DNA of 63,363 nucleotides, the filler included. It is 5 parts of 5 records of this genome, joined end to end, with 100 filler letters (N's around TTAATTAATTAA, not from the genome) between each part and the next. Parts side by side here need not be neighbours in the genome. Positions count along the whole stretch, not along the records: positions 47,224 to 56,849 come from SRR20825019_1875; positions 56,950 to 63,363 come from SRR20825019_1886; 3 more parts are not named here. One strand, given 5' to 3'. The position numbers were made by a program, and so were the translations under genes. The stretch's first letter is position 1. Each line of letters begins with the position of its first letter. The notes beneath the pieces are model-generated. The model made no database searches, had not been told where the DNA came from, and saw nothing but the letters and a program-made list of their open reading frames with translations. Below are positions 54,133 to 63,363 of the stretch, in pieces.

Positions 54133-54797
54133 TCATGCCGATTGGAAGAATTGTTGAGACAACTGAGACCCGACCGTAGCTTCGTCTCGGAGAATCATGA
54201 TGCCATCCATCCTTTCATCTTTCAAACTGAGCTCATCTTCAGAGCAGATCATTCCAACTGATGCGACACCCCGCAGTTTGCTTTTCTTCAGTTTTTTGCC
54301 CTAAAGATCCGCGTAAATGTTTATGTTGCAGTTAAAAATTACTTACACACGCACCTGTATCCTAGTGCCAACCTTGGCCACTGGCACTTTGAGCCCTGCA
54401 GTCTGGAGGTATCTCCTGTGAGCCTCTCTTGACTTCATTTACCCATTGCACTGCCACTTACAACATTAGGAGCCCCACAAACAATAGTGAGATTCTCCTC
54501 GGCGCCTATGTCCACAGTACACACACGCAATCTATCGGCGTTGGGATGCCGCTCGCAGCTTATGACATGTCCTACAACAACTCCATCTGGAAATGAAATC
54601 GTTTCTGTTGAAGACGTCAAGGGGCTCAACTCTCTTGGGGGCTCTGTTGTGATTTTGGTCGCCGTCGCCGGTGTAAGGTCAACCGCGTGAGTCGCGCACC
54701 CCCAGCGACTCAGGAAGGGCGGCTGCGGAACAACGGAGACGCCGTTAGCCCACGCTGCCAAGTTAGTGGTCCTTCTGAGTCCTCGCAAAATCGACAT
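54133..54797 (-). CDS. Stand-alone bacterial PheRS-beta B2/YtpR-type tRNA-binding OB-fold protein with a putative mitochondrial presequence, 3 exons
   Basis: [68 protein letters not shown], then a stop; Arg-rich [10 protein letters not shown]-terminus. Confidence 0.8.
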
Positions 54798-56020
54798 TCC
54801 GCTAGTTGCGGTTGAGCACAGTCTACTTTCAACAATAGTTTTTTCAACTGGTTTAATTTGTGTTGTTCACGGTCATTCTGACGTGTTGTGGGCTGGTCTT
54901 GTGAGAAGATAGAGCTGGGTTGTGTTCCATTCTTGGGTGCCGCTGGTGGCTTGCCGGCCGGGCAGTCTGGGCTACGGGGCCGCTATTCTTCGGGGGGCCA
55001 CGGTCGAGCTTGCCGCCGCGACACTGTCCCCTCGGCGCAATGCATGGGACCAACGAAGGTCCTCCGGGGCGACACAAACTGACCCGCACTTACCAGTCCG
55101 GTGAATGAAATGAGCCGCACCCTGACCTGACTGCTGAGGACCGCCGAGGAGGCGGGGGCCTCCCTGGCCAACCGTGCATGGTGAACGTGACGGGACCCGC
55201 CGGCGCCTGGGCACCCGACCGTCGCCGGTCACTGATTGATGAATCGGGTCAGTATGGTATCGATCTCGAATAAACCATTGCGCTGGCCCTGCCCGGGTCA
55301 GTGGGTGTGATTGTGTACTTGGTTGTTTATTCCTCCACAAGACTGTACGCTACTTCCAGAGTACTGAGTAGGTACAGTAGATCGAGGCGCCACGATGATG
55401 AGCCTAGCTGGTGACCCGGCATTTACTCACCTGCGGCACCAACATTTAGGGCACCGGCAATCCGCAGGACATTAAGAGATCCGCGATCCGTTACAGCGTC
55501 GGGCATTGATTCGATGACGTGGACTGCCTTCACACAGTGGTGTACGTTGAATAAGATTCATGGCTGGGTGTTGAACCCTGACGTTCTTCGATCTTGACTG
55601 ACGCCAAATGTATTTAGCCATCACTGCCGTTGGAGGACCACATCAACGAACAGAAGCGCCGGCTGCAGAGGAAGCAGAGAAGAACAGGCAGCATTCACGG
55701 CGCCCATCAGAAGCATCGACCGAAAATGGCAGGCCCGGGACCGGCACTCATGGAGGTTCGGCTGGACAGGAGGCACTTGACGAATCATCTGAACTTTCGG
55801 GATGGCTTGCATCAGTTGTCTTTCCTTACTTCGGCACCAACCGGTCCGTCCCAAAACCTGAAAAGACTCCACGGAACCCATGGCTGGAGGGAGATGACTT
55901 GAAGGAAAGCAACAGAGGGAAACGTGATCGCGGAAAGAAACGGACGAATGCAAAACTGACCCCTTGACTCCATGATGGCCATTCATGAGGCATGAGCGAC
56001 CACTGATTCACTGAATGTCT

Positions 56021-56779
56021 TTACTCTATAATTTCCTGGTGCTTTCTCTTTTTCGAGGGATCCGGGTATATCGTTACGTTAGGGGTGATTTTCTTGGCTG
56101 CGGCGATGTGGTGGTGTGCTTTGCTGTGGTAGAACATGTATTCGATGTAGGGGCGATGCGGGTCAAGCTTGGATGGATCGATCTCCGTGGTCCAGTAGTT
56201 GAAGCGCTCGACCAAGGCGACCATTCTGTCCTCAAACGTCACTCTATGGCCGTCGTACTCATCCGGGTTCACGCGCAGCCATACGGTAGGCAGAACGCGG
56301 TTGTCAATCATAGCTGCCTCACAGGTATCACTCAATTTGCCCAGTTCACAGACAGTAGACCTATCTTGATGACTGTGCTCGTCGATCTCAATAAATAAAG
56401 CCATTTCCTTAGAAATCCATGCCCAATCCGGTCGGCGCTTGAGGGTTGGACAAGCCTTGGGGCAGACATGAGTGTCGTCGCTCATGCTGCAAGCAGGAAG
56501 GCGATCGCGTATGGCCTCTTTGACCAGTTGTTCGGGTCGCTTAACCTGACCATCCTTGTCGCACGACACACAACGCGTCATACCCGACCGGCGCCTTTGG
56601 AGGGAAACATTTGTTACAACACTAGGCATATCTCGCAAAAATGAGGTGAATTTTGTAGTTGTTCTACAGTCAGACACTCTGTACAGAACTTTTTGAGCCT
56701 TTCGTGTGGGCATAAAAGGCCGGGCGTGCACACTGTGCAGTTTTGCTTCAGGCGCTGCTCTCCCTCCGGGTGGTGCTCA
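56021..56779 (-). pseudogene. Disrupted virus-like Cys-rich Zn-finger + PD-(D/E)xK/Vsr-like endonuclease
   Basis: RRPD..IEIDEHSH..CE..VWLRVNPD..YMFY; upstream CTVC/CPH..CTEC/CEIC motifs in a different frame (shift near 56620); no introns. Confidence 0.65.
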
Positions 56780-56849
56780 GGCGCCTGAAGGCAAACTGCT
56801 CAGTGTGCACACCCGGAATTTTTTGTACTGAGCACCACCCGGAGGGAAA
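56720..56849. repeat. Interleaved inverted repeats (A-B-A'-B') at the contig end
   Basis: ~36-bp imperfect IR 56720-56755 vs ~56781-56816; 19-bp exact IR TCCCTCCGGGTGGTGCTCA 56761-56779 vs 56829-56847. Confidence 0.85.
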
Positions 56850-56949
56850 NNNNNNNNNNNNNNNNNNNNNNNNNNNNNNNNNNNNNNNNNNNNTTAATTA
56901 ATTAANNNNNNNNNNNNNNNNNNNNNNNNNNNNNNNNNNNNNNNNNNNN
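56850..56949. other. Artificial contig linker
   Basis: N-run/TTAATTAATTAA/N-run. Confidence 0.98.
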
Positions 56950-57444
56950 GATTTCCACGAAATTGCAGGGCATGTGCCGATAGTCGAACTGTTGGGCGAT
57001 GATCCCGTCCCAGCCATCCTTGCAGGCGCCCGGCGAGCCCGGCAGCACGAACACGAAGGTGCGCCCGACAAGCCCTGCGGTTGCGCGCGACTGAACCGTC
57101 GACGTTCCGATCTTCTCGAACGAAATCCTGTGAAAGATCGCCGAAAAGCCGTCCATCCGCTTGTCGAACAGCGGTTCGATCGCTTCCGGCGTCACGTCGC
57201 GGCCGGTAAAGCCGGTTCCGCCGGTGGTCACCACTACATCGATACCGTCATCCGCACACCAGGCTTTCACGGTCTCGGCAATCGCTGTCCGGTCGTCGCC
57301 AACGATCCGGCGTTCGACCAGAACATGGCCCGCGGTCTCGATCCGCGCCGCCAGCGTGTCGCCGGAGCGATCGTCGGCAAGGCTGCGGCTGTCGGACACG
57401 GTGAGCACGGCAAAGCGCACGGGAATGAAAGGGCGGTCGCTCAT
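56950..57444 (-). CDS. moaB: Molybdenum cofactor biosynthesis protein B (3' end truncated)
   Basis: VLTVSD, TTGGTGFTGRDVTPEA, LPGSPGAC, PCNFVE. Confidence 0.93.
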
Positions 57445-58334
57445 GTGATGTCTCCTGAGGCAAGCGTGGCGACGACGAACCAGTCGGGAAAAGCCGTCGC
57501 GAGGCTTCGCGCCGCAATTTCGGCGCTTGCACGGTCGGGGTAAAGGCCGAAACAGGTTGCCCCGGAACCCGACATGCGCACGAGATCGGCCCCGGTCGCC
57601 GCCAGGGCATCGGTAACGGCGTGGATCACCGGCGCGATCCGGCTTGCGGGGATTTGAAGATCGTTGCGCGCGCCCTTGATGAGGTCAAGCCAGTCTTCGG
57701 CCCGTTGCGGCATGTCGCCGGCCAGAACCGGCGGATTGTCGCGATGCTGGAGCGCCTGGAAAACGGCAGGCGTCGCCACCTGCCGCAACGGGTTTGCCAG
57801 CACGAGGAACAGCGTCGGAAAGCCCGGGGCCTTCGTGATTGCGTCGCCGATCCCGCGCGCAAGGAGCGGTTCGCCGGCAAGGCACATCGGTACGTCGGCG
57901 CCGAGCGAAAGCGCGAGCGACGACGGTATTTCGCCGGGCAGGCGCCAGAGCTTTGAAAGGCCACGCAATGTTGCCGCTGCATCCGCCGAGCCGCCGCCGA
58001 CGCCGGAAGCGGGCGGCAAGCGCTTTTCCAGATGGATATGGACAGGCCCCGGCGAAAGCCCCTCGGCCTCGGCATGGGTCCGCAGCAGGTTGCGGGCCTT
58101 GGGCACGAGGTTACCGCTTTCAGGATCGTCGCCGCGCGGCACGCTGTCGGCAAACCGGCCGGAAACCGTGAAACAGTCGGCTTCAGCCTCGGTGAAGGTC
58201 AGCCGGTCGCCGAATTCGGCGAAAACTACCAGCGTGTCGAGCAGGTGATAGCCATCGCCGCGCCTGCCGGTGACATGAAGCGCCAGGTTGATCTTGGCGC
58301 GGGCCTCGGCCTGCAAGGCCGCGCCGTCAGCCAT
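57441..58334 (-). CDS. ispE: 4-diphosphocytidyl-2-C-methyl-D-erythritol kinase
   Basis: AKINLALHV, GYHLL, GGGSADAA, LGADVP, MSGSGATCFG. Confidence 0.95.
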   Translation of the reverse strand: MADGAALQAEARAKINLALHVTGRRGDGYHLLDTLVVFAEFGDRLTFTEAEADCFTVSGRFADSVPRGDDPESGNLVPKARNLLRTHAEAEGLSPGPVHIHLEKRLPPASGVGGGSADAAATLRGLSKLWRLPGEIPSSLALSLGADVPMCLAGEPLLARGIGDAITKAPGFPTLFLVLANPLRQVATPAVFQALQHRDNPPVLAGDMPQRAEDWLDLIKGARNDLQIPASRIAPVIHAVTDALAATGADLVRMSGSGATCFGLYPDRASAEIAARSLATAFPDWFVVATLASGDIT

Positions 58335-58336
58335 GG

Positions 58337-60142
58337 TCACGGCGTCTTGACGGCGTCTCCGTCTCCCTCGGGCGCCTTGGCGAGCGGGGTGTCGTCGTTT
58401 TCAACCGTCAGCCCGTTGGCGATCTTGTCCTCGATCTCCGGCACCAGATCCTCCTCCGGCTCGACGGAAAGCGCCTTCTTCCACTGGTAGATCGCCTCGA
58501 GCTTGCGCCCGACCTGCCAGTAGGCGTCGCCGAGATGGTCGTTGATCGTCGGGTCGCCGGTGTCGAGTATCACCGCGCGTTCCAGCTCGCGCACCGCCTC
58601 GTCATAGCGCCCGAGCCGGAAATAGGCCCAGCCGAGCGAATCGACGATATAGCCGTCATCGGGCCGTTGATCGACGGCCTGCTGGATCAGGTCGAGGCCT
58701 TCCTCGAGATTGATGCCCTGATCGATCCAGGAATAACCGAGATAGTTCAGCACCTGCGGCTGGTTCGGATAAAGCTCAAGCGCCCGTTTGAAATCAGGTT
58801 CGGCCTTGTCCCATTGCTTCAGCCGTTCATAGGCAATGCCCCGGCGGTAGAAGATGCCCCAGTCCTCGGGTGATGCGACCGGGCCGATACGCGCCACCGC
58901 CTGATCCAGGATATCGGCCATCGCCTGAAAATCCTTCTGTTCCGAATAGACGCCGGAAAGCGCCAGATAGGCCCGGCGGTCGTCCGGCGCCTCTTCGATC
59001 AGGGCGGTCAGATGGGTACGTGCTTCCTCAGGACGGTCGAGACCGGCAAGCGCGAGACCCTGCTGCAGCTCGGCGAGGCGATATTGCGGGGCGTCTTCGG
59101 GAATGCGGGAAAAATAGCCGAGCGCGCGCTCTGGCTTGTCATTGGCTGCGGCGACGATGCCCTGTAGGTAAAGCATATCGGGGTCGTCGGGCGTCAGCGC
59201 TTCGGCGAGTGCCAGATAGAGCGATACGATATCGTCGCTGCCGCCCTGGTTGAGGGCAGCGGCAAGTTGGAAAAGGACGCTGCTGGCACCCTCCGCAGCG
59301 GTTTTCGGCAGCGCCTGGATCGGATCGCCGGCCTCGATGCGCTCGCGGACCGGATCGAGCACGGCCGGGTTGAGGCCATAGGTTTCCGCTGTCGACACGG
59401 TGTCGAGCGCCTTGCGTGTGTTGCCGGCCTCCACCTCGATCGAGGCAAGGCCAATCACGGTCTTCAGCATCGTATCGGGCGAGGTCACCCCGCCTTCGCG
59501 ATCGAGCAGGGCGTCGTTCAAATAGCTGCGCGCCTTGGTCGTGTTGCCAGAAGCGGCGGCGATCGCGCCGGCATTGTAATTGGTGAAGAGATCGTACCAG
59601 GGCGGGCCGGAAAGCGCGTCGACCGCCTTCAGCGCTTCATCGGTCTTGCCCTCGCCGTACAGCGTCCAGGCCACCAGCAGGCCGGAGATCAGGTCGTTGA
59701 GCGGTGCGCCGCCATAGGCCTTGAAGCGCGGAACCGCCTCGTCGTATCGTCCATCCTGAAGGGCTGCGAGCCCGAGCGCCAGATCGCGCAGCGGCACGAG
59801 TTGCGGCTCGTCCGATGTCTTTTCGGCCTGCGCTTCGGCGGCCTTCAGGTCGCCGCTGAAGATCAGGGTGACGAATAGCTGGTTGTTGGTGCCGGTGTCA
59901 TAAGGTTCATGCTGCAGCGCGCGACGGAAATAGGCGATCGCGCGCTCCAGGTCATTGTCCATCGCCGCTGTCTGGCCGGCCAGCAGCGCCCCGGCAAAGC
60001 TCAACGCGCCCTGGGCATCATAGACCGGGTCGGTCACCGTCGCGTCCTTGGCGTTTGCCGTCATCGGCCCCGCCGACATTGGCAAAGCGAGCGCCGCGGC
60101 AAAAAGCATGGTTCTCAGGCGGGGTTTCTTCAGGCTGGTCAT
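58337..60142 (-). CDS. Exported tetratricopeptide repeat protein
   Basis: Signal peptide; VLNYLGYSW, IVDSLGWAYF, INDHLGDAYW; conserved position upstream of ispE. Confidence 0.9.
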   Translation of the reverse strand: MTSLKKPRLRTMLFAAALALPMSAGPMTANAKDATVTDPVYDAQGALSFAGALLAGQTAAMDNDLERAIAYFRRALQHEPYDTGTNNQLFVTLIFSGDLKAAEAQAEKTSDEPQLVPLRDLALGLAALQDGRYDEAVPRFKAYGGAPLNDLISGLLVAWTLYGEGKTDEALKAVDALSGPPWYDLFTNYNAGAIAAASGNTTKARSYLNDALLDREGGVTSPDTMLKTVIGLASIEVEAGNTRKALDTVSTAETYGLNPAVLDPVRERIEAGDPIQALPKTAAEGASSVLFQLAAALNQGGSDDIVSLYLALAEALTPDDPDMLYLQGIVAAANDKPERALGYFSRIPEDAPQYRLAELQQGLALAGLDRPEEARTHLTALIEEAPDDRRAYLALSGVYSEQKDFQAMADILDQAVARIGPVASPEDWGIFYRRGIAYERLKQWDKAEPDFKRALELYPNQPQVLNYLGYSWIDQGINLEEGLDLIQQAVDQRPDDGYIVDSLGWAYFRLGRYDEAVRELERAVILDTGDPTINDHLGDAYWQVGRKLEAIYQWKKALSVEPEEDLVPEIEDKIANGLTVENDDTPLAKAPEGDGDAVKTP

Positions 60143-60224
60143 CCGCTCCCTTTCATTGACGGTCGGGCATTGGCGGTCGGGCATTGACGTTCCGGCATTG
60201 GCAGTCCGGGCGGGCGCGCGTCGG

Positions 60225-61241
60225 TCAGTTGATCCGCGCGATGCAGAAATCGATCACTTCCTCAAGGGCGTGCCGGCCGGTGGAACGCGGCAGACCCGAC
60301 AGCGATTCGCGCGCGGCCTCGCCATAGGACAGGGCGCGATCGACAGAATCGGCGAGCGCCTTATGCTTTTCGAGGAGGAATCGGGCTTTTTCGAGGGCGG
60401 TGTCGTCATTCTCGCCATCTTCGATGGCGCTGCGCCAGAACGCCTTTTCGCCGTCATCGCCGCGCTGATAGGCGAGGATGATCGGCAACGTCACCTTGCC
60501 CTCGCGGAAATCATCGCCGACATTCTTGCCGAGATCGGCGCTGCTGCCGCCATAATCGAGCACATCGTCGACGAGCTGGAAGGCGATGCCGAGCGCCATG
60601 CCGTAATCACGCAACGCCTCGCGGTCGGCCGCGTTCGCCCCGGCGATGATCGGCCCGACCTCGGCGGCGGCGGCGAAAAGCTCGGCCGTCTTGCCGCGGA
60701 TGACGGCGATGTAATCCTCCTCGGTGGTTTCCATCTTCTTGGAGACCGAAAGCTGCAGCACTTCGCCCTCGGCGATCACGGCGGCGGCATCGGACAGCAC
60801 CGAAAGCGCCTCCATCGAGCCGGTTTCCACCATCATCCTGAAGGCCTGGCCGAGCAGGAAATCGCCGACCAGAACGCTTGCCTGGTTGCCCCAGATCATC
60901 CGGGCGCTGGACTTGCCGCGCCTCAGATCGCTTTCGTCCACGACATCGTCATGGAGAAGCGTCGCGGTGTGCATGAATTCGACACTGGTCGCCAGCCGGA
61001 CATGATGCTCGCCCCGGTAGCCGAACATGGATGCGGTCGCGAGCGTCAGCATCGGGCGCAGCCGCTTGCCACCGGAGGAAATGAGATGATTGGCGACTTC
61101 AGGGATCATTTCGACATCGGATCCCGCTTTCGACAGGATCAGCGCATTGACGCGCTCCATATCGGAACGGGTCAGGTCCACGATGGGCTTGACCGAGCCT
61201 GAAGTTTTGTTCTCTTTAACCAGTGGTGTAACGGCGCCCAA
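60225..61241 (-). CDS. ispB: Octaprenyl/decaprenyl diphosphate synthase
   Basis: GGKRLRP, HTATLLHDDVVD, FQLVDD, GDDFREGK; probable TTG start after AAGGAG. Confidence 0.92.
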   Translation of the reverse strand: MGAVTPLVKENKTSGSVKPIVDLTRSDMERVNALILSKAGSDVEMIPEVANHLISSGGKRLRPMLTLATASMFGYRGEHHVRLATSVEFMHTATLLHDDVVDESDLRRGKSSARMIWGNQASVLVGDFLLGQAFRMMVETGSMEALSVLSDAAAVIAEGEVLQLSVSKKMETTEEDYIAVIRGKTAELFAAAAEVGPIIAGANAADREALRDYGMALGIAFQLVDDVLDYGGSSADLGKNVGDDFREGKVTLPIILAYQRGDDGEKAFWRSAIEDGENDDTALEKARFLLEKHKALADSVDRALSYGEAARESLSGLPRSTGRHALEEVIDFCIARIN

Positions 61242-61343
61242 GTGAGCTCGCTCCTTTTCATGCATTCATGCCGACAATAGGGAGCGGCAGAAGCAGCGAC
61301 AAGGGGCAATGTGTTCCTTTTGCATGAAATTCAGGAGTGATGA

Positions 61344-61574
61344 ATGGCCCTTGTCAATCTGTTGCGGACCAATGACGCCGTGGTGCTGGGCCTCGTCGAA
61401 AGCCTCTTCAAGGAAGCCGGAATTCATTATTTCGTGGCTGACCGCGCGATGAGCGTGATGGAGGGATCGCTCGGTCTTCTGCCGCGCCGCTTGATGGTGG
61501 AGGAGAGTGCCGAGGCGGAGGCCCGCGCGCTTTTGACCGATGCCGGGCTCGGCAAGGAACTGGAGCCGGAATGA
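61344..61574 (+). CDS. DUF2007 family protein
   Basis: LLRTND, MSVMEGSLG..PRRLMV. Confidence 0.85.
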   Translation: MALVNLLRTNDAVVLGLVESLFKEAGIHYFVADRAMSVMEGSLGLLPRRLMVEESAEAEARALLTDAGLGKELEPE

Positions 61575-62377
61575 CGGCGGATGGCTTCACCGTCGACGCC
61601 TTCCATCGCGGCCGCTTCCATCTCGTGCAACCGAAGGGGAGGGGGCATCGGGCCGGCATGGACGCGATGCTGCTCGCCGCGATGGTCGAAAGCTCGGCCG
61701 CAACAGACGGAAAACCTGTTCGTGTCGCCGATCTCGGGGCAGGAGCGGGGGCTGCCGGATTTGCGGTCGCGTCCCGCATTCCGGATGCAGAAATCTCGCT
61801 GTTCGAGCTTTCGCCGGAAATGGCCGATTTTGCCCGCCGCTCCGTGGCGCTTGCTGAAAACGCCGGGATCATGCCCCGCATCCGTGTCTTCGAAGCCGAT
61901 GTCACCCTGACCGGCGCACGCCGCAATGCCGCCGGCCTGACGGACGACAGCTTCGATCACGCCATCATGAACCCGCCGTTCAACGAGGCCGCAGACCGCA
62001 AGACGCCGGACCGGTTGAAACAGGTGGCCCATGCGATGGAGGCGGGCCTGTTCGAGGCCTGGATCCGCACCGCCGGGGCGATTCTGAAGCCCGGCGGCCA
62101 GCTTTCCCTGATCGCCCGTCCGCAATCGTTGAGCGATATCATCGCCGCCTGCGGCAGGCGCTTCGGCGGGCTCGAGATCACGCCGGTGCATGCCCGCGCC
62201 GGCGAGGATGCCTTCCGCATCCTGGCAAGCGCCATCAAGGGCTCGCGGGCCCGGCTTGCGCTGCGCGCGCCGATCATCATGCACGGCAGCGACGGCCACG
62301 CCTTTCTGCCCGAAGTCGATGATCTCAACAATGGCCGGGCGGGTTATCTCCGCCGCAAAACAGGTAAATCAGCCTGA
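61571..62377 (+). CDS. tRNA1(Val) A37 N6-methyltransferase (TrmN6/YfiC-like)
   Basis: GHRAGMDAMLLAA, DLGAGAG, MNPPF. Confidence 0.85.
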   Translation: MTADGFTVDAFHRGRFHLVQPKGRGHRAGMDAMLLAAMVESSAATDGKPVRVADLGAGAGAAGFAVASRIPDAEISLFELSPEMADFARRSVALAENAGIMPRIRVFEADVTLTGARRNAAGLTDDSFDHAIMNPPFNEAADRKTPDRLKQVAHAMEAGLFEAWIRTAGAILKPGGQLSLIARPQSLSDIIAACGRRFGGLEITPVHARAGEDAFRILASAIKGSRARLALRAPIIMHGSDGHAFLPEVDDLNNGRAGYLRRKTGKSA

Positions 62378-62464
62378 TCTCAGGCTTATTCGCTTGCCTG
62401 GCCTTGTCTTTGGCGGCATCGCGCATACATGCGGTCGATCGAGTTGAAACCCGAAGAGGACGCC

Positions 62465-63331
62465 ATGAAAAGCCTGGTTGCCGGTCTTGTTCCGAAGAGA
62501 TTCCGCAAGGATAAGACGGTTATTCCCGTCGTCCGACTTGCCGGTACGATCCTGGCTGGCGGTTCGCCCGGGCGGCGCAATCTGAACCTCGCCTCGGCGG
62601 CCCCCGCGCTTGAAAAGGCGTTTTCGATGAAGGACGCGCCCTGTGTGGCGATCTCGCTCAACTCGCCCGGCGGATCCCCGGTCCAGTCGCGGCTGATCTA
62701 TCAGCGCATCCGCGCGCTGGCCGAGGAGAAGCAGAAAAAGGTGCTGATCTTCGTGGAGGATGTCGCCGCCTCCGGCGGCTACATGATCGCGCTTGCCGGC
62801 GATGAGGTCTTCGTCGACCCGACATCGATCGTCGGCTCGATCGGCGTGGTCTCCGGCGGCTTCGGCTTTACCGAGATGATCGGCAAGCTCGGCGTCGAGC
62901 GCCGCGTCTATACCTCGGGCGAAAACAAGGTCATGCTCGACCCGTTCCAGCCGGAAAAGGAAAAGGATGTCGAATTCCTGAAGGGGCTGCAGAACGAAAT
63001 CCACCAGGTCTTCATCCAGATGGTGAAGGATCGGCGCGGCTCCAGGCTTTCCGACGATCCGGATCTGTTTTCCGGCCTGTTCTGGAGCGGCCTCGGCGGC
63101 GTCGAGCGCGGCCTCGTCGATGGCGTTGGCGAGATGCGTGCCACGCTGAAAAGCCGTTATGGCGACAAGGTCGAGTTGAAACTCGTGACCGGACCGACCA
63201 ATTTCCTCGGTCGCAAGCTGCCGGGCGTTGTTGCCGGCGGGTTCAACGGCGCGGAAATCGCCGCGGGTTTTGCTTCAGGGCTTGCCGAAACCGCCGAAGA
63301 GCGGGCATTATGGGCGCGCTACGGGCTTTAG
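62465..63331 (+). CDS. S49 family peptidase (SppA-like)
   Basis: NSPGGSPVQS, AASGGY, GSIGV, GENK. Confidence 0.92.
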   Translation: MKSLVAGLVPKRFRKDKTVIPVVRLAGTILAGGSPGRRNLNLASAAPALEKAFSMKDAPCVAISLNSPGGSPVQSRLIYQRIRALAEEKQKKVLIFVEDVAASGGYMIALAGDEVFVDPTSIVGSIGVVSGGFGFTEMIGKLGVERRVYTSGENKVMLDPFQPEKEKDVEFLKGLQNEIHQVFIQMVKDRRGSRLSDDPDLFSGLFWSGLGGVERGLVDGVGEMRATLKSRYGDKVELKLVTGPTNFLGRKLPGVVAGGFNGAEIAAGFASGLAETAEERALWARYGL

Positions 63332-63363
63332 AGCGCCGTGCGTCCATCCGGACGCACAAAGGA

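Noticed and set aside
55380-55986. Short ORFs between the B2-domain gene and the nuclease
   Set aside because: No consistent spliced model or recognisable motif could be built

Overview
The window is not one locus. It is five contigs joined by artificial 100-nt linkers (N-run, TTAATTAATTAA, N-run). (1) 1-16213 and (4) 47224-56849 are gene-dense DNA from a microbial eukaryote, probably the same organism. They have mostly ~50-nt GT-AG introns and very GC-rich islands upstream of most gene starts. Genes: a Cys-rich GPS/ZU5-like membrane protein, POP7/Rpp20, a BRF-like TFIIB paralog, a PKA regulatory subunit, a highly divergent tubulin, a secreted LamG protein, mitochondrial bL19, a DDB1/SF3B3-family propeller, PDRG1, a stand-alone PheT-B2-like domain, and a disrupted virus-like Zn-finger nuclease. 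(2) 16314-37694 is alphaproteobacterial (Rhodospirillales-like): housekeeping genes, an Xre-RES toxin-antitoxin pair, a Liv-type ABC importer, a nitroreductase, an amidohydrolase and a non-canonical SdhB-C-D-A-like operon. (3) 37795-47123 is a single intronless ORF of >3100 aa with ~100-aa beta-rich repeats, open at both ends. (5) 56950-63363 is Rhizobiales-like: moaB-ispE-TPR-ispB, then DUF2007-TrmN6-S49. The top candidate for novelty is the divergent tubulin. It carries a Dpy-30/RIIa-type dimerisation-docking (D/D) motif inserted in its H6-H7 region, and it is encoded head-to-head with a PKA-R subunit that lacks a D/D domain and has an acylation-type N-terminus. All family calls come from manual motif recognition; no searches were run.
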